Shown here: positions 24,950 through 36,000 of the stretch, piece by piece
How positions within the stretch are numbered: position 1 is the first letter of the stretch
How the letters are laid out: each line of letters starts with the position of its first letter
Assembly: GCA_001643675.2 (NCBI GenBank)
Contig: LSRY02000030.1
Span: 124,001-188,000 of the forward strand
Source: Monocercomonoides exilis PA203
Lineage: Eukaryota; Protista; Preaxostyla
Length of the DNA: 64,000 nucleotides
Direction of reading: 5' to 3'
Notes under the pieces: generated by a model
The model's database searches: none
What the model was told of the DNA's origin: nothing
The model's input: only the letters and a program-made list of their open reading frames with translations
Program-made: the position numbers and the translations under genes

Positions 24950-27740
24950 AAAATTGAATAAAAACATGACATATGCAATTGAAAGTTGATGAGTTGAAGC
25001 AAAAATTGATAAAAAGTGTTTCTGTTATTTAAAGAAGCAGCAGTAAAAGACGAGTTGTAAACGTCACAGAGCGTCATCCTGTTGCTCCTCATTCACTCCT
25101 TCCCGTCCTCTTTGTCAGCGCTGTTGTATGTCTCAAAAGAAAGAGACTAGATGCCCTACACATTGCCGAACATGACTCACTCTTATTCAGACATCCACTT
25201 CCGCTAGCTTTAAACAGGCCATGCAGATCTTTCAGGAGAAAAAGAAGGCAGAGACGCAGAAGAAAAAGACTGGAACATTACTGTCTGTTGGAGTTGGTGT
25301 TATAATTGTTGGGGCAAAAGCTGAAATAATGAAAATGATATTGATGATGTGCTTATTGAAAATGTTGCTCCTGAAAGAGCTTTGTCGAATGTTTGAAGAG
25401 AATTGTTGAAGAAGAAGCAACTAGTGTGAGAACAAAAGGTGGATACGATAATTGCTGATTATTTTGTGTTAAGACTGCAGAATTCAATGGAAGCAATTCC
25501 TTAGAAAACAATGAAATGGACACAGTACATTGAGAATGAAGACACCTTGGAAGAATTGATATAGATTGATGAAACGCAATTGCTGTTGATGAACAGATCG
25601 AACACTTTGACTGATTATTTTGTGCATATGTGTTTTTTGGGCGCTATCTATGATGGGAGAAAGAATAGGAACATTGCAAGTTGCAGAAAGAACTTCAATC
25701 CGATGAAAAGTTGACTGAGAATATAAAGTAAATTGAAGCAAAGCTGGAGTATCTAAAGATTCACTCCTAAAAGTTGCATCATAAACTTCCTCCTTATTTG
25801 ATGCCAGTTCTCTTTCTCTCTCTTAAACTCTTCATCTTCATCTTCATCTTCCTCTGTATTTCGTCCTCTTCTTTCTCCAGCGCATTTCCGGACACCCGAA
25901 AGCGCTGCACATCTGTAAACTGTTTGCCACCTCAATCTCTGCCATCTTTGTTAGCAACGCAGCTGTTAGACCCAGCGCCTCAATCTGCTTCCCATTCAGC
26001 AGCTTCCAAATCTTTCTTCGGCTTGTAGTGAATCTCTGTTAACTTCTCGTCCTGCAGCCTTAGCACTTCTTCTTTTTGTTCAAATCGAATAAGGCTCTGC
26101 TCGGCCTCCTCCTTCTTCCGCTTCTTTGCAAGTTTCTTCTCTTCCATCCTCAACTTCTGCTTTTCATGATCAACAATTCTCTTCTGCTCTTCCCTCTGAA
26201 TCTTCTCAATGGACTTGTTTTCTTTCCCTTCTCTTTGCAGTCTGCAATTACTTCTGCTTCGCTTCCATTGTTGCATCTCTCTGTTTCTCCTTCTCTTTCT
26301 CTCGCTGTTTTTGAATCTCTCTTTTTCACTCAGCCATTCGATCTCCTTCGTTCACTCACCCTGATGCGAGCTGCCACAATCTGTTGTTTTTTGCGTCTTA
26401 TTCGTCTTTCGAGTCATCTGCTTTTTCTTCATTTGTTTCTGTTTTGCCTTTTTTGTTCTTTGTGTTATCTTCTTCAATCAGTTTTGTGAACAAAGCATCG
26501 TCTCTTACCCCTCCCTCTGACCCTTTCTTCCGCTCAATCTTCTCATTCCTCTTATTCCTTCAGAAGTGCTTGTTCATTGCGATTCCCCAGATCTCCGCAA
26601 ATGAATACTTCACATTGTCTCTCATGCACTCGTCATGTGTCCTCTGCTCTATCGTTTGCAGATTCCGCACATTCTCCTTCATGTCGCGCATCCTGCCGCT
26701 CCTCAGTCTCTGGCTGATGTGCGGCCAGATCCAGCTCTCTCGCTTCCTTCTCACTCTTGCCAGCACATTCTGGATCGCCCACTGCAACAATTAACGAAGC
26801 TGCTTCAACCCCACTTTCTGTCCGATGACAATTGTGTCCAGCATCCAAAGTCGAGTCGAATCGACGTTTGCAGATGCAGATGAGGGAGAAATTGAAGGTG
26901 ATTGCAAAGAGATGTGTTAATCATGGATGAAAAAGATGCAACAACGTTTGAAAAAGTTATAACGGGAGATGAAGATGGAAAAGGCGAAGAAGAAGAGGAT
27001 GAATTTGATGATGAAGATGCACAGCTGTTTAGAGGGAAAGCCGTTTGAGGAAGAGTTTGTGTCTTTTATCATGTCACTTCAGTTCTTGCCTTCAGTTGCT
27101 GATGCTACTGTTGTTAAATGAAAAACTGATAACGCAGTTGAGTACAGTAATAGATAGGTTTTGTTTTGCTATTTATGAATTTGCTTCGCTCAATGGAATA
27201 GACTTTCCGCAAGTCGACAACAAACTGAAAAGAGGTCGGCTCACAATATTTTGTGCACATTGTGAATGTGATGCAGATGATATTGATGGAGAAAGTGTTT
27301 ACGTTGAAGAAATAGCAGAAGGATGTGATGGTTGGTTTATTGAGGGAGAAGTGGTTTGAAGGTGAAGCTTAAGAAATAAATTAAAAATTTTTGCTGGAAA
27401 TGTTTCTGTTGTTGTTGTTGTTGTTGAAGCAATTGGATATTTTGCAGGTTGTTTTGAACCTGAAAAAGCACTTCCTGTCACTGCAGCTGCGATTTGGACC
27501 AAAAATTATAGCAAAATTAGATGATGTTCTGGGATATGATTGATGTGATTGATGTGACAGAAGAAGATGAAGAAGAAGAAGTTGGATTGGAAAGAGAAAA
27601 AGAGGAGATGTTGGAAAGAAACGAAGGAGAGGAGTTCATTGGAGGTGGAAGTGGAGGAAATGAAGAAACAGAGGAAAGAACAAAAAAAGAAAATAAATGA
27701 TCACCTAACAGATCGCTTATCTTTTTTTTCAAAATGTTTT
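24950..27740 (-). pseudogene. Decayed host-like protein-coding fragment (Ser/Thr-rich plus Glu/Lys coiled-coil segments) inside the TIR element
   Basis: A chain of short minus-strand ORF pieces (27517-27732, 27299-27502, 26560-26790, 25980-26276 and others) with coding-like composition and the same S-rich and E/K-rich style as host genes, broken by many stops and frame changes. No recognisable domain; boundaries approximate. Confidence 0.5.
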
Positions 27741-27918
27741 CAATGTTAATTCAGCTCTCTTTATCAAAATTGTGTGTTATTTCTTTCTCTTTTTTCCTGA
27801 ATTACAATTGAATTCTAAACATCTCAGAATTTATGCTTCTTCATTTTATTCCAATTTGTGTGAGATGTTTGCGTGTTGCAATTGAATTATGATGTGTAAA
27901 TTATCGCAAATAATGTTA

Positions 27919-29932
27919 GGGTTATTATTTTATCTTGACCCTTTTTCTTTATTCTGACCCAATAAAATGAAGTGTGAAAAGTTCAAAAAATAACTTCATT
28001 AAAAGAAAACAAAATCAGAATTAATTCTTCTGATAACTTTTCTTTTTCCTTCACCTCGATGTAATGCATTGTCTTTCTTTTCATCATCAGAATCATCGTT
28101 TTTAACGTGGAAAAATCTTCTTTTTATTTTTTTCTTTTCATCCACAACAGTCTTCACTTCATCTTTCTCCTTTTCATCCATTTCATTTTTCCTTTCAATA
28201 TTCATTTTCAAATGATTTTCCCATTTCTCTAAAAGATTTTCGTCGGTTATCACTTTTCCATAAAAGTTGAATCTGTTTCTTCGGGATGGAAGAGGGTAAA
28301 TTGAAGATTCGGGCAGTTTCAAAAGAACTGGCCCAGAAGTATTGTGCAGAACACCACTGCAGACGAAAGCTTTCTGAATTACAGAAGGTGATAATGCAGT
28401 GTGGATGGCTTGAGGCAGAACGTTTGAAATTGCAGCTCGTTTGGAGGAAGATGAAGAAGAAGAGGGAGCCTCAAATCTGTTAGTCAGTTCAGATTTGAAC
28501 ACAGCAAGGACTCCTCTGTTTAGAAGTTGACAGAGGTGTGTGCTGTGTGGCACAAAGGTTAAAACTTCGATGTTTTGTTTTTGGAATTCACTCCAGATCG
28601 ATGGATCTGCGCGAAATGCATGCGAGTCAAGAAGGAGAAGAATGTGTTCATTTTCAAGTGACATGCGCTTTCTTCTTTCGATGATCGAAGGAAGCAGAAT
28701 GGTGAGAGCATCCTTTTGAATCACTCGTTATCCATCCAGCCGCTTCCATTTGCACATATTTTCAGCGTTGGAGATAACAATCTTTTAAGTCTGTCAAGCA
28801 GGTTTTCACTTAGCTACAAAATGACAGAAGGAAAGGCATATCCGTCAGCTGCAACAGCTGCCACGAATGAGGAATTAATCATTCCTTGTTGTTTCTTTTG
28901 CGAAACCTGCTTTTGTGTCTGCTGTAAGCACAACAAGCTGTTTTGAATCTGTAGGAACGCGCGTAGAAGATTCGTCAATGTTTATAATTAAAGCTGGATT
29001 GTAATGGTATTTTTCGTGCAGCTCGTCGAGTGTTTTGTACCAGGGTTTTAAAACACTTCTGCACGAAACAGCCAGTCTGTTAATGTCCAAATTCTTCGGC
29101 GTTCCAGTCATCAGCTCGGGATGACGCTTGACAAAGCCATACGTGGCAGACATTGAAACTTCTGAAAATGGTGCGTCTTCATCATCGTTGTCGTTTATAA
29201 CATTTTCAATCTGAAAAACAAATGATTAAAACATATAAATAAAAATTAAACAAACCAATTCTCTTGTTGTTTTTAAAGTTAAACATGTTCCAGACTTTGC
29301 TTCAATGTGAATAATGTCTAAAACTCTTTGTTCCTTTTCGCCCACTACTGCTGCAGGACTGCCAACTTTTCCAACCAGCCTTCCTTTTCTCAGCGCTCTA
29401 ACTGCATTCTTTATTCCTGTGCGGCTGAATTCCTTGGAACTAATTGCATCAGTTATGCGAACTACTCCATCGACAACGATGTGAGCCGTTCGATCCAGCC
29501 GACTGTTGTATTTTCTAAACTTGCGCGAAGACATTGCTCTTTGCAGTTTTTTCTGCCCTTCTTTTAATTTTATTTCTGTTGATATTTTCATTTTTTTAAT
29601 AATATTCTTAAGATCATAATAATTTTTTATTTTTTTAATTGAAATGAAATGAAAAAAAATCGAAAAATTACATTTAAAACAAACTAAAGGTTTCATGCCC
29701 CATGTAACCCTCCAATTCCACACAGAAGTTCAATGAAGGGGCTAACCCCCCCCCCCCCCCCATCTCCCCCCCCAAGCGAAATTGGGTTTATTTCAAAATG
29801 TATTTATTTTTATCTATTGAATTCATATATATACTTAAAAATCTTAAAAAATATGAAATTGTGGGAAATGTTAATGATTAATTAAAAAAGAAGGTCAAGA
29901 TAAAAAAAAAGGTCGAGATATAATTATAACCC
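27919..29932 (-). mobile_element. 2.0 kb pogo/Fot1-like (Tc1/mariner superfamily, DDE_1) DNA transposon, nested, inactive
   Basis: Imperfect TIRs GGGTTATTATTTTATCTTGACC.. (from 27919) and ..GGTCGAGATATAATTATAACCC (to 29932), each with an internal second TAT..TGACC-like repeat. TA on both flanks (27917-27918, 29933-29934). Encloses a DDE_1 transposase pseudogene. Confidence 0.9.
27999..29591 (-). pseudogene. Disrupted DDE_1 (CENP-B/pogo-type) transposase with one spliceosomal intron
   Basis: ATG 29591; exon 1 29591-29256; 45-nt GT..AG intron 29255-29211. Then the HTH-CENPB-like YGFVKRHPEL, first catalytic D in IINIDES, VAAVAADG..FP, SGWMDNE, second D in ILLLLDSH, and TFVPHSTHLCQLLNRGV where the canonical QPLD third Asp is replaced by QLLN. 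Two frameshifts (near 28885 and 28712) and two in-frame stops (TAG near 28813, TGA near 28722). Confidence 0.88.
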
Positions 29933-30335
29933 TAAATCTTCATCCTCAGTTTTGACAATTCAGTCAAACTTCATTCCTTATCCATCTTATTTGATAATAA
30001 AATCAATTATTCCTACCAAACCTTAAGTGCATGTCCTCCCTTTTTTGACCACAAATTTGATGTTTGTTTGCAAAACAAAAAATATATTATTATTATGGAA
30101 CGCAATCGAAAACTGTTTTTTTATTTATATCATTAATAACATTAACATTTGAAAGGAGATGAAATGTTTTGCTGAATGAGGTCTTGGACTGATAATAATA
30201 TGTGTCAGACAGATAAACACTCCTTTTCTTTTTAATTCTTTCAATTTTTCAAGTGAAAAAAGATATTTTTGTAATAATAGTAATGAAAGTCAATTTCTTA
30301 ACAAAAAGAAATGTTATCAAAAAAATCATATCCAT

Positions 30336-30418
30336 TCGACAGATAGATCTTTTCGACCGACTGATCTTTCGACCGACTGATCTATGTAGTTCGACTGATC
30401 TCGACAAAGATCTGTCGA
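30336..30418. repeat. Subterminal TCGAC/GATC repeat cluster of the 6.3 kb element
   Basis: Tandem GATCTTT(T)CGACCGACT units plus partial copies, bracketed by the inverted 9-mers TCGACAGAT (30336-30344) and ATCTGTCGA (30410-30418). CpG-rich in otherwise very AT-rich DNA. Confidence 0.8.
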
Positions 30419-30689
30419 TAACCCATTGAAATCTTTCAACATCAATTATTTAAATATTTTTTTGTTGGAATCTTATGAAAATAAAAATAATAATAAAATA
30501 AAAATAAATTGAATTAAAATGGAAAAACTTAATCTTGATTTGTTGTTTTTCAGATTATCAAAAAAAAAAAAAAATTAGCTGACTGTTTTGTCTGTCGACT
30601 TGTCGAGCCATGAAGAAAATGTCGGTCTGTCGCAAAGGCCTATTAGTATTATATAAAATAGACGATTACAGTTATTTTTTAACAACATA

Positions 30690-31087
30690 CAGATATCGCA
30701 TTAAATACGGGACATCGCACAAAATACAGGACAAGATCGATTTCTCAATAACCACAAGAGGAATAATTCTGACTATTCTCCTCAAAATATTTCTCATCAA
30801 TACAAACTAATCTGGCATATCAAACTTCCATTTTCATGAAGACTGAATACAGAAAAAATTATTATTTGAAATTACGGAGAAATAGGATTTTGAGTTTTTT
30901 CGAGATTTCGATGCATATTTTTTTCTGAGCACAAATGAAGCTATTTTGAAAGTCTCGTTTATCAATTGAGTTTGCATTGATGAGATATATTTAGAGGAAA
31001 ATTGTCACAATTATTCCCCTTGCGGATATTGAGAAATCGATCTTGTCCGGTATTTTATGCGTTGTCCGGAATTTTATGTGATATCTG
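30690..31087. mobile_element. 398 bp foldback MITE with CAG..CTG termini (Tc1/mariner-like)
   Basis: The left arm CAGATATCGCATTAAATACGGGACATCGCACAAAATACAGGACAAGATCGATTTCTCAATA... is the reverse complement of the right arm ending ...ATTTTATGTGATATCTG over about 120 bp with scattered mismatches, with weaker symmetry toward the centre. TA on the left flank, GA on the right (TSD apparently mutated). Confidence 0.8.
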
Positions 31088-33006
31088 GAAAACAAATTTT
31101 AGAACCGAATATTGAAACATGATATGTATATACATAATATTGGTTGAATTTAACTTTTTATTCACAGAAATCAATCATCATAAAAACTTAAAAATTTTTT
31201 AAAAAATATATTCCCAAAATAATTTATTATTAATGCTGATGATTAAAAACAATTAAAAACCCGAAAAACGTTTCATTATTTCCACATTTTGCAACCACAA
31301 AGATATCGATACATAACTCATAAAGTGCAATAAGGGAAGAACAATTTATTAACATGAGCATACTTTTTCGTAATAAAGTCCAATATAATTTTTGTTCAAA
31401 GAGAAACATCGCTGTTATTCATACCTTTTGAAGGTTATGTTACCTATAAAGTTGTCAAAAAAGTTTGAAAATTTTTGTTCAAATTTCCTGAAATTAATCC
31501 ATAATTATCCTTTCTATCTTTTTTTGTAGTTTCATTTAATATTTTATGGATAACTCAAAACCTGTCCTTTAACTGCAGTGGATCATATTTTTTTCTGCAT
31601 TCCCTTCACTGAAGGATCTTTATCCGCATTTTTTAATTCAATCTACATGATTTAAGGCAGAATTCAAATGTTTTAAGAAAAATCTTCAGTGAGTTGGCTT
31701 CAAAGGCTTTCTCACGAAGCCCTTCGCACAAATTACCAGATAAATGCAAAAGCGAATGGTTGTTGGATTGTTTTGTGAAGGGTTTGCTTTTCCTGAACAA
31801 GTCTGAAACATTGTGAATCCAGGCTAATGAATTCATTTATGAAAGTTATTCATTGTCCAAAATCCAACGAATTTGACAAAACAAATATTTTGCACAATCT
31901 TGAAAAGAAGTTCGAGAAGAGCTTTAACGCTCATTTTCGAACGAATTCTTTTATTATTGATCAATATTTTGAGAAATGTTTCTCGAAAAGAAAAGAATTC
32001 CGATTCGAAATCAGGAAGGAAGTTATCATTTGAAAGGAAAGTGAGAAGAAATAACTTTCAACGCTACCATCTATGCGACTGCCATTTTGTTCAAAGGAAT
32101 TGCGGTACAAAGAAATAAACACCTATTTTTCGTTCTTCGATAACATTTCAAATCATTGCTTATTGCTCTGTTTTCAACTTTTCCATTTAAATGAAGCAAA
32201 GATGACTGGAATGCACCTGAAGTTAAAATCGAGAAATGCTGAATTACATGTTTGATATTGCATCAAAGATTGCATGCACTTCAAAAATGCTTTTTAAAAA
32301 CAGTTTGTTTTTTTTATTGTTAGTTTTTTTTAAGTTAGGATTTCAATGGGTATTTGTTTATTTGATATTTGTTTCATAATGAACGAATCAAAATCATATG
32401 CTGCAATTTATCTATGAACAAAGAAATGAGGCATTGACGTTTCTGGAACTTTCCAAATATAAAAACAAACATTTCTATTTTGAGTTTGCATGTGAAAATC
32501 ATGTTAATTATTTCTGATAACTGAGAATAAAAAGTTGAAACAGAATTTGATATTTTGCTGTTTCAGCTGAAGTGCTGCTTGCAATAATTTGAGAACGAAA
32601 ACACACAGAATCAGAGAAAAGTTTGCGTAGCTGTTCATATGTTTGCCTAACAATTTCTTTTTTTTTTCCTTTCTTTCCTTTCTTTCCTATTCTATATGAT
32701 TTATCAAACGCATTATTTTTTGTTATTTTCCAAATTTTTGTGATTCTTTTGGATTTACTGATTTTTGAATGCCCGCATTCTTATCACAAGAATTGTTGAA
32801 CAACAGAAAACACTTTTCATTTTCATTTTTTGATTCTATGACATCACCTTTCGTAATAACTTGATATGTTCAATCACATTTTGCTTCTGAGACAGATGAA
32901 GAAGCAAAGAGATTGTGATAAAATATTTATTAATTTTTCATTAAGGGATAACACAATTAAATTATATGTGAGGTGTGATCTTTGTTTTCTTTTTTCCAAA
33001 ATTGGA

Positions 33007-36000
33007 ATGAGAGTTGTGAATGCAATTGCAATTGTTGCACTTCTTTTGAACAGTTTGCTAATGGCCTCATCTTATCGTGATGCAATAGGCATTCTTAAGT
33101 TGACAGAAGGAAGGAAATCTATCAATATGATTGAAGGAGAGGCCAGAGTGAATAAAAGTCCACCAAGCCAAGAAAAAAGAGTGCAGCAAAAAACATGGGG
33201 AATGAATGGTAATGTTCTTTCTCAGATTTGTACAGAAACGAGAGCAAAGAACTGTTCGATAAGCTTAAAAATGCTTTCGCTTTTAGCAGAAAATGGCAAA
33301 CACCTTGCCATGTTGAGGAAACAATCACAGTTACAACTCACAGCATGCACAATAATGTTTTTTGAGTCTTCTGAGAAGAGTCCGATTTTGTGCGAAAGTG
33401 GAAGGATCAAACTTGTCAATATTTCACTTATGTCTCTTGCTTCTTCCTTCCAGATTTCTTCGTTGGTTTCAGTTCCTTGCCAAGCATATGATATGAACTG
33501 CGAAAGTGAACTGGAAGTCGAGAAGACATCGTTTTCGTCGTTTGCCCTGCTCTCAACACCATTTTTTTGTTCTGACGGGCTTCGGCAAGTGAAACTTGAT
33601 GAGTTGAATTTATTGAACATTTCAGAAGTTGAATATGCTGAGCATTTGCGAAGCGGGTTGCATTGCTGCAGAACGGATGTCAAGGGATGCGAGTTCAATT
33701 CTGTGAGCAATGTGTATTATGGAGGGATTGTGAGCTCAATCAATTCTCGCGGAACATCCTTGTGCGCTTTCAACAGCTCATTTGGATCCTGCTTGAGAAC
33801 GCGTAATGTGGAATTTGAGCACAATGAATCGATGGATCAGGTAGTTACTGAGAATGATCTTGTTTACACATTTATTTACTGTGAATGGCATTCTCCAGGC
33901 GTTGTTGACAGAGGAGCTGCAATACGTTTAAATGGCAGACCTATTCTTCTCAATGTGTCATGTTGTTTATTTGAGGTGTGGGATGGCTATGTTATTTTCC
34001 AAAAACAATATCAATCAATTTTTCACTATTTCTTTCCATTTCTTCTTTTATCGATTAGGAATGCAACGTCACTTATTATTATGGAGCCATATATGCTGTT
34101 TACATTGACTCAGTGAAGATAAACGGAAGCAACTTCACACACTGCTGTGTAATAGATAGACAAACTGAAGATGGTGGAGGAGGAGCTGTTGGATCAGATT
34201 CAAATAATGAGACAGTGATTTCTTCTTGCACATTTGAAAATTGCCAGTCATCGTTTTCCAGAGGTTCCTTATTTTTAAACAAAAGAGAGAGCAATGAAAG
34301 AGATTGTTATCTGTCATCTTCCTCATTCATTGGAAACAGTGCTTTTCATATGGGGGGAGCAATTACGGTTGAAACAACATTTTCGATAAACTATATTCTG
34401 GATTGCTTATTTGAAAGAAATAGTGCAAACAAAGGAGGGGCAATTCATTTTGTGAATGTTTTACCAAATGAAAACAGCACGGCTCTTGTACTGTATTGCC
34501 TGTTTGTGGGTAATAAGGCAGAGATTGGGAGTGATGTGTTGATGAACGATACTGCGAATATTTATTTCACAAGATCTCCTTTTATTGATTGCTTTTCAAC
34601 AAGAAAAGAGGAAGGAAGAGTCGTTCACGTAAACAGCACAGAGAATGTGCGCGATGAATGGATTCCAGTTTTGAATTGCATTTATGTTTCACCAGAAGGA
34701 GAGGATTCCCCTGTGCTGTGCGGGCTGAGCCGTTCTGCCGCATGCAAGAGCATTGGATATGTTGCACAGAAATGCGTATCTTCAATTTCTATTCAGTTGA
34801 CAACTGGAGTGCTTGAATCGGAAATTGCGACAGTGAGTATTGAGAATCAAGTACTGTACATAATTGGAGAAGGAGTTGAGAGTTCAACGCTGGTGAACAA
34901 TCTGGGTGAGGATTATTTAACATTTTTTGCGATTGGAGGAGGCACTTTGAGCGTGTCAGAAATGACAATAATGCAGCAAGGGTTGGATCAATCATTGGGG
35001 AGTTCGTTGTTTGTGGTGGGAGATGTTGGCGATCCGGGTGATTTGGAGAGAAGAGGCTCAGAGAAAGATGGGATGCTTATTGTGAGTTTGTGTGATGTGA
35101 AGAGCACAGGAAGTGAGAATGATGGAAAAGCGTTTGGAAGGCCATGGTTTGTGGTGAAGAGGGGAAGTGCGGAGTTGAGAAACGTGAATGTGATGGAAGG
35201 AGTATTTGAAGGATCGAGTGCCATGCTTCTTGGGAGTTCTTTGTCACAGATGACAATGAGTGCGTGCAGTATGAGAAAGCTGAATCGGAGGGATAATGGG
35301 AGTGTTGTTATAGAAAGTGAAGATGGAGGCTCTGTCGAAGTGAACAATTGCTCCTTTATCGATTGCAATGCATCGAACTCAGAGTGGGGAGGAGGGATGA
35401 GAGCAGTGTGTTTGCATCCAGAAGGAGCCCTGGTTTTGAAGAACAAGACGACTATCAGAAGCTGTTGCGCATCAATGGAGAGTGGAAGAGGAGGAGGAAT
35501 ATATGTGAGTGTGGATGGAGGAGTTGATGGATTTATGTTTGAAGAGATTGGGTTTGATGGGAACAAAGCAGCTATTGGGAGAGATGTGTATTTTGAGTGT
35601 GAAGATTTGAGTCAAAGTGTAAACAGAACATCTTTTGGATTTGCAGAATCGATTGAGGATCGGAATAATTCGATGTGCGGAAGGGATTGCACATTTTTCA
35701 GGAGCGACACCGACTTGTATGTATTTTTGAGCGGGTATTTTGGAACAGAGATCAAAGCGGACAAGACAAATGGGAGAGATGAGATATATTGTGGGAGAGA
35801 AATTGCATGCCGCTCACTGGAGTATTCGCAGACACGGCTGACTGGAACAGATATGAGAACGATCAACATCAACATATCAACAACGATGGATGGGATCATT
35901 GAGCTGGAATACCACACAATCAGCTCGATGAGGCAAGGTCTGGCAGATGTTTTGATTGGAGGCGATCTGAACGAGGGAAGCAGTTGCGGGATGAATGTGA

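Larger units (their letters stand above)
24379..30643. mobile_element. 6.27 kb non-autonomous TIR DNA element (hAT- or P-like ends) carrying decayed host-like sequence and a nested transposon
   Basis: Perfect 16-bp inverted termini ATAGGCCTTTGCGACA (24379-24394) / TGTCGCAAAGGCCTAT (30628-30643), directly flanked by a 7-bp direct repeat TAGTATT (24372-24378 and 30644-30650). Read inward, both ends continue with TTTCTTC, a TCGA/GTCG-rich stretch and a long T run (T-tract about 24446-24496; A-tract about 30559-30573). Confidence 0.72.

Noticed and set aside
31560-32260. Cluster of 60-80 aa ORFs upstream of the receptor gene
   Set aside because: No recognisable motif or consistent splice model; may be decayed sequence, but this cannot be supported.
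30421-32351. 13-bp inverted match ACCCATTGAAATC (30421) / GATTTCAATGGGT (32339) as TIRs of another element
   Set aside because: No extension, no clear TSD, it would cross the right boundary of the 6.3 kb element, and 13-mers match by chance at this scale.
32866-33006. Upstream in-frame ATG extending the receptor N-terminus
   Set aside because: The extension is AT-rich and would bury the signal-peptide-like segment starting at 33007; not excluded without transcript data.
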